DNA of 64,000 bases. It comes from a plasmid. Below, piece after piece: positions 60,305-64,000 of this stretch; the first letter of the stretch is position 1; the number at the start of each line of letters is the position of its first letter. The translations under genes and the position numbers were made by a program. The notes under the pieces were generated by a model. The model searched no databases and was not told where the DNA came from. It saw only the letters and a list, made by a program, of their open reading frames with translations. The stretch lies in sequence record NZ_CP031419.1; one strand, given 5' to 3'.

Positions 60305-61061
60305 ATCCCCCGGAATATCGGCGTCCAATCGGATGATCTGGCCGCTCACGTACTGCCACGACGGGTCGCACACCACCGCGACCGTCGTCTGCGCGACCTC
60401 GTCGATGCTCAGCGCGCGGCCCCACGGCAACCGCGCGTAGTAGTCGGCCGGGTCGGTGATGCCTTTGCGGGCCAGGATCTGCTCGGCCATGGGCGAGCAG
60501 ATCAGCGACGGCGCAACCACATTCACGCGCACCCCGTGGCCCGCCTCTTCCTTGGCCAGCGTCCACGCCAACGCCTCCAACGCCGCCTTCGACGCGCTGT
60601 AGGCGCCGTTGCCGGGCGTGCAGGTCGCCGCCGCCTGCGAGCTGAGCACCACAACCCGCGCCCGCCCCGACCGCGCGGCCGGATGCACCGCCCGCCACAT
60701 CTGGTGCAGCGCACCGGCATTGACCGTGAACAGGTCGGACAATTCGGCGGGGGATGTCGCGTCCAGGCGGGCCTTGCTCGAGGCCGCGCCGGCGGCGAAC
60801 ACCATCACGCCCAGGTGCTGCCCGACGGCGGCCGCGAGCCCGCCGAGATCATCGCCGGACCGGGCATCGAACCGGGTCCAGGTCAGGTCCGGCGCGGCTG
60901 GGCCGGTGCCGGTGGTCGAGGTCGCCACGACGCGATGCCCCCGCTCGAGCAGAAGCTGCACCACCGCGGCGCCCACCGCGCCGCTGCCACCGATCACCAG
61001 CGCAGCACCCGCACCGTCGCGCGGTGCGTGCCCGCCCGTCTCAGACTCCAGCGCGGCGGCC
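60296..61061 (-). CDS. SDR-family oxidoreductase
   Basis: ALVIGGSGAVGAAV (TGxxxGxG) and YSASKAAL (YxxxK). GTG start with a GGAAGGAGG RBS. Confidence 0.8.
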
Positions 61062-61458
61062 ACGGTCGCCTCCTTCCACCGGGTCGGAGTCGGGGTGGTC
61101 GGTGACGAACATGTCCTGGAAGCGCATCTGCCGGTCCGGGATGCCGAAGAACGCGCCGATGGCACGGGCCCGCTCGGCGGCCGCCTCGTCGCCGCGCCGG
61201 ACCTGGACCACGACACCGGGAAAGATCACGATCATCAGCTCGTCGTCGAGCAGGTGCGCGTACCACCCATCTGGTGCGAGCACCGCGGCCAGCCGAACCG
61301 CGACCTCGGCGGCGCGTCCCGGCGCGACCTGCACCTCGAGCACCTCGACCGGGATGCGCCGGTCCAGCAGGTGCGGATACGAGCCGGTGAGCACCACCGG
61401 CATCGGCAGCGGCAGGCTCCGATCCGGCAAGCTCTCCCGCAACACGATCCCGCGCATG
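61041..61458 (-). CDS. hypothetical protein
   Basis: 139 aa (MRGIVLRESLPD...). Start overlaps the upstream rSAM stop. Confidence 0.45.
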
Positions 61459-61459
61459 C

Positions 61460-62815
61460 TCAGCTCACCCCCGCGCCGGGTGCCTTGACCAGGCGAGTGT
61501 GCGCGCGAGCGCGGGCCACCATCTCGCTGCTGGTCCACGGCGTCTGCGAGTCGTAGTAGTCGAAGTCCGCCCACTGCGCCAGCGTCGTCGGCGCCTGGAA
61601 CCCTCGTTCGAGCGCCAGGTCGAACAGCGGAACGCCCGGGAAGGGCCCGAACAGGTGCACGCGGGTCTCCGGACGCGGGTCCAACGTGCTGATCTCCTCG
61701 ATCAGGCTGTAGGTCGCCTCGATCTCGGCCTCGGTCTCGTCCGGGAATCCGACGATGAACGTGTACGCGCCGAGAATCCCGTGGTTGGCGATATCGCGGG
61801 CGACATCGAGAACCTGGGCTCGGGTGACCTCCTTGCGCACCACCTCGCGCAGTACCCGGTCGTCGCCGGACTCGATACCCATCAGCAGTCGGCGGCAGCC
61901 GGAATCGGCGATCGAACCGAGCAGGTCGAGCCGCTGCTTGCGGGCGCGCAGCACGTCGTTGGGGTTGATCGAGGCCGCCCACGCCAGGTCGATGCCGCGC
62001 TCGGCCTTGAGCTGGCAGAACTCCACCGCCCGGCGCACGTTGACGAACCAGTCCGCGTCGTAGAACTTCACCCCGTTGATGCCGTAGCGATCGGCGAGGT
62101 CGGCCAGGTCGTCCAGCAGCGAATCCGCCTGCATCGCACTGTATTTGCGCTGATAGGTCAACTCGTAGCAGAACGCGCACTTGTACACGCAGCCCTGGGA
62201 GGACACGTAGTTCAAGGTGCGCGGCGCCACGGTCGGGTCGTCGCGGATGTAGTCGCCGACGGCCAGCAGGTCCCACGGGTAAGCACCCAGGTTCCCCGCC
62301 CGCGGCGGGTTGATCGGTCCCTCGATCCGGTTGCGGCCGTGCACGGCGAGCAGGCCGGGCACCGAGTCCCAGCCGGCCCGGTTGCGCAGGGCCTCGACGA
62401 ACGCGGGCATCGATGCCTGTCCCGGGCCTGCCAGCGTGACGTCGACCAGCTCGTGCTCGGCGGTCTGCTCGGCGAGCACATTGACGTGCGGGCCGCCGAA
62501 CACCAGCGGCGGGCAGCCCGGACGGTTCTGCGCCACCTCGGCCATCTCCAGGGCGTGCCGGATCTGCGCGCCGCCGGTCATGATGCTGATCCCGATACAC
62601 ATCGCCCGGTCGGCGTGCTCGTCGAGGAAGCCCGGCCACTCGGTCTGCGGACGCTGGTTGCCGTCGAAGATCACCACCTCGACGCCGTTGTCCATCAACG
62701 GTTTGGCGATGGTGAGCAGCGAGAACGGCATCCAGTGGTACAGGTAGTCCTTCTCGTGCTCCACCTGCGGATACACCAGGATCACCAACGGGCGATCCAC
62801 CAGCAACGCGGTCAC
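61460..62815 (-). CDS. B12-binding radical SAM protein (class B)
   Basis: N-terminal cobalamin-binding-like region plus a CVYKCAFC radical SAM cluster motif. Confidence 0.85.
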   Translation of the reverse strand: MTALLVDRPLVILVYPQVEHEKDYLYHWMPFSLLTIAKPLMDNGVEVVIFDGNQRPQTEWPGFLDEHADRAMCIGISIMTGGAQIRHALEMAEVAQNRPGCPPLVFGGPHVNVLAEQTAEHELVDVTLAGPGQASMPAFVEALRNRAGWDSVPGLLAVHGRNRIEGPINPPRAGNLGAYPWDLLAVGDYIRDDPTVAPRTLNYVSSQGCVYKCAFCYELTYQRKYSAMQADSLLDDLADLADRYGINGVKFYDADWFVNVRRAVEFCQLKAERGIDLAWAASINPNDVLRARKQRLDLLGSIADSGCRRLLMGIESGDDRVLREVVRKEVTRAQVLDVARDIANHGILGAYTFIVGFPDETEAEIEATYSLIEEISTLDPRPETRVHLFGPFPGVPLFDLALERGFQAPTTLAQWADFDYYDSQTPWTSSEMVARARAHTRLVKAPGAGVS

Positions 62816-63897
62816 GACGACACCCCCACCACGGGCAGCATCCGAACCCCGCTGGACTGGCCGCCACCGGGGTGGAAGCTCGCCCCGGCGTAGGTCGCCA
62901 ACGCATCGGCCAGCGCACGCTCCAGCCGCGCCGGATCGTGCAGGATCGGCGCGAGCGGCACCGAGATCTCATCCCGCAGCAGGCAGAACTGCAACCGGCG
63001 ATCGGCGGTCAGCCGCAGCGCCATCAACGCATCATGGCACGGGAAGAACCGGCACCCCGAGCACACATCGCCGTACCAGGCCCCGGCGCGGCTGTCCTTC
63101 AGCACGACCTCGAATCCCGAGGCCAGGGTCATCACCGTCATCGGGTGGCCGAGCCCGCCCTGAGACCGGCTCTCCACCACCACCGCGCGGGCCCGCAGCC
63201 CTCCCGCCACCTCCTCCAGCGGCACATACAGCGACTCGACCGTGGCACCGCCGCGGGTGATGGCCAGCCGCCGGGCGAAGGACTCGGCGCCGGCGTCCAG
63301 GTCGCGGATGACATCGAGCAGCTTCAGCGTCGCCACGCCCTCGCTCTCGCACCACGCGGCCAGATCGGGCACCTCACCCGCGTTCACCCCGGCCATCACC
63401 ACCGTGTTGATCTTCACCGGCACACCGGTGGCCACGCAGGCGCGCATCGCCGACTGCACCTCGGCCAGGTCGTCGATACCGCAGATCTGGCGGTGCAGGC
63501 CCGCGTCCAAGGTGTCGATGCTCATGTTGAACTGGGTGACCCCGGCCGCGGCGAGCGCACCGGCCCGCTCACCGATTCGCGGGTGCCGCGAGATCACCTC
63601 GATCTCCGACATCCCCGCATCCCGCAGCCCCGCCACCGCTTCCTCGAGCGGGGCCCACAGTGCCGGATCACCACCGGTCAGCTTGATCGAGGTCAGGCCA
63701 CGCTCGACCAAGGGCGCGACGACGGCCAGCAAGTCGGCCACGGTCAGTTCCTCCCCCGCGGTGGTGGCCACCGCCTCCCCCGAGGGGCGGCAGAAGAAGC
63801 ACGCCCGCCCGCACCGCGAATTCACCGTCACCCGGAACTGCGGCAGCCGCTCGGGGAAACCTTGACGTTCCGACATTGCTTTCATACCTGTCATCAT
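62812..63897 (-). CDS. radical SAM protein with C-terminal auxiliary-cluster (SPASM/twitch-like) region
   Basis: CGRACFFC (CxxxCxxC). C-terminal Cys cluster CSGCRFFPCHD...C. ATGA overlap with the downstream B12-rSAM gene. Confidence 0.75.
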   Translation of the reverse strand: MMTGMKAMSERQGFPERLPQFRVTVNSRCGRACFFCRPSGEAVATTAGEELTVADLLAVVAPLVERGLTSIKLTGGDPALWAPLEEAVAGLRDAGMSEIEVISRHPRIGERAGALAAAGVTQFNMSIDTLDAGLHRQICGIDDLAEVQSAMRACVATGVPVKINTVVMAGVNAGEVPDLAAWCESEGVATLKLLDVIRDLDAGAESFARRLAITRGGATVESLYVPLEEVAGGLRARAVVVESRSQGGLGHPMTVMTLASGFEVVLKDSRAGAWYGDVCSGCRFFPCHDALMALRLTADRRLQFCLLRDEISVPLAPILHDPARLERALADALATYAGASFHPGGGQSSGVRMLPVVGVSS

Positions 63898-63980
63898 GAG
63901 CCCATCTCAAGCGAAATTGCCGACAGTACAACAGAATTCGATGTCAGTGTTTCTGTGCGCGGCGCGCGAAACCCTGACAT
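63894..63980 (-). CDS. 28-codon ORF translationally coupled to the radical SAM/SPASM gene (candidate precursor peptide)
   Basis: MSGFRAPRTETLTSNSVVLSAISLEMGS. Its TGA overlaps the rSAM ATG (ATGA). GGAAG lies 10 nt upstream. Codon usage is atypically AT-rich. Confidence 0.3.
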   Translation of the reverse strand: MSGFRAPRTETLTSNSVVLSAISLEMGS

Positions 63981-64000
63981 CGAGAGTGCTTCCGAACCAC

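Noticed and set aside
61041-62972. 643-codon minus-strand ORF
   Set aside because: Arg-rich off-frame translation across the B12-rSAM gene. Only its last 139 codons (61041-61458) look real.

Overview
High-GC (~68-70%) actinobacterial DNA (Nocardia/Rhodococcus/Mycobacterium-like), read by eye from the sequence and the ORF track. Positions ~2.2-47.1 kb look like an integrated plasmid/ICE-like mobile element. It carries a Rep-like initiator, parA/parB flanked by parS-like palindromes and a 14-mer iteron, a tyrosine recombinase plus a truncated second one, and an AlpA/Xis-like protein. It also carries a C5 DNA methyltransferase, a toxin-antitoxin pair, a PAPS-reductase-like PP-loop protein in a long operon of unknown genes, and MobC plus a MOBQ/P-like relaxase with a candidate oriT. 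Further on are a primase fused to an NrdH redoxin domain, a ParA/MinD-like ATPase, and a ~2,200-2,400 aa methyltransferase-SNF2 helicase (phage P1 DarB-like). Two conserved promoter/leader families (a TTTAGATACAyT box and an ~80-nt leader) recur in front of most element genes. Right of the element are hisG and a dGTPase. These are followed by a tightly coupled minus-strand operon containing two glycosyltransferases, an AlkA-like glycosylase, an LD-carboxypeptidase, a FkbH-HAD/FGE fusion, an SDR, a B12-radical SAM and a radical SAM/SPASM enzyme. A 28-codon ORF is translationally coupled upstream of the SPASM enzyme, suggesting a RiPP-like pathway. No tRNA, rRNA or CRISPR was seen. Many long ORFs in the track are antisense artefacts of GC-rich coding DNA and were discarded.
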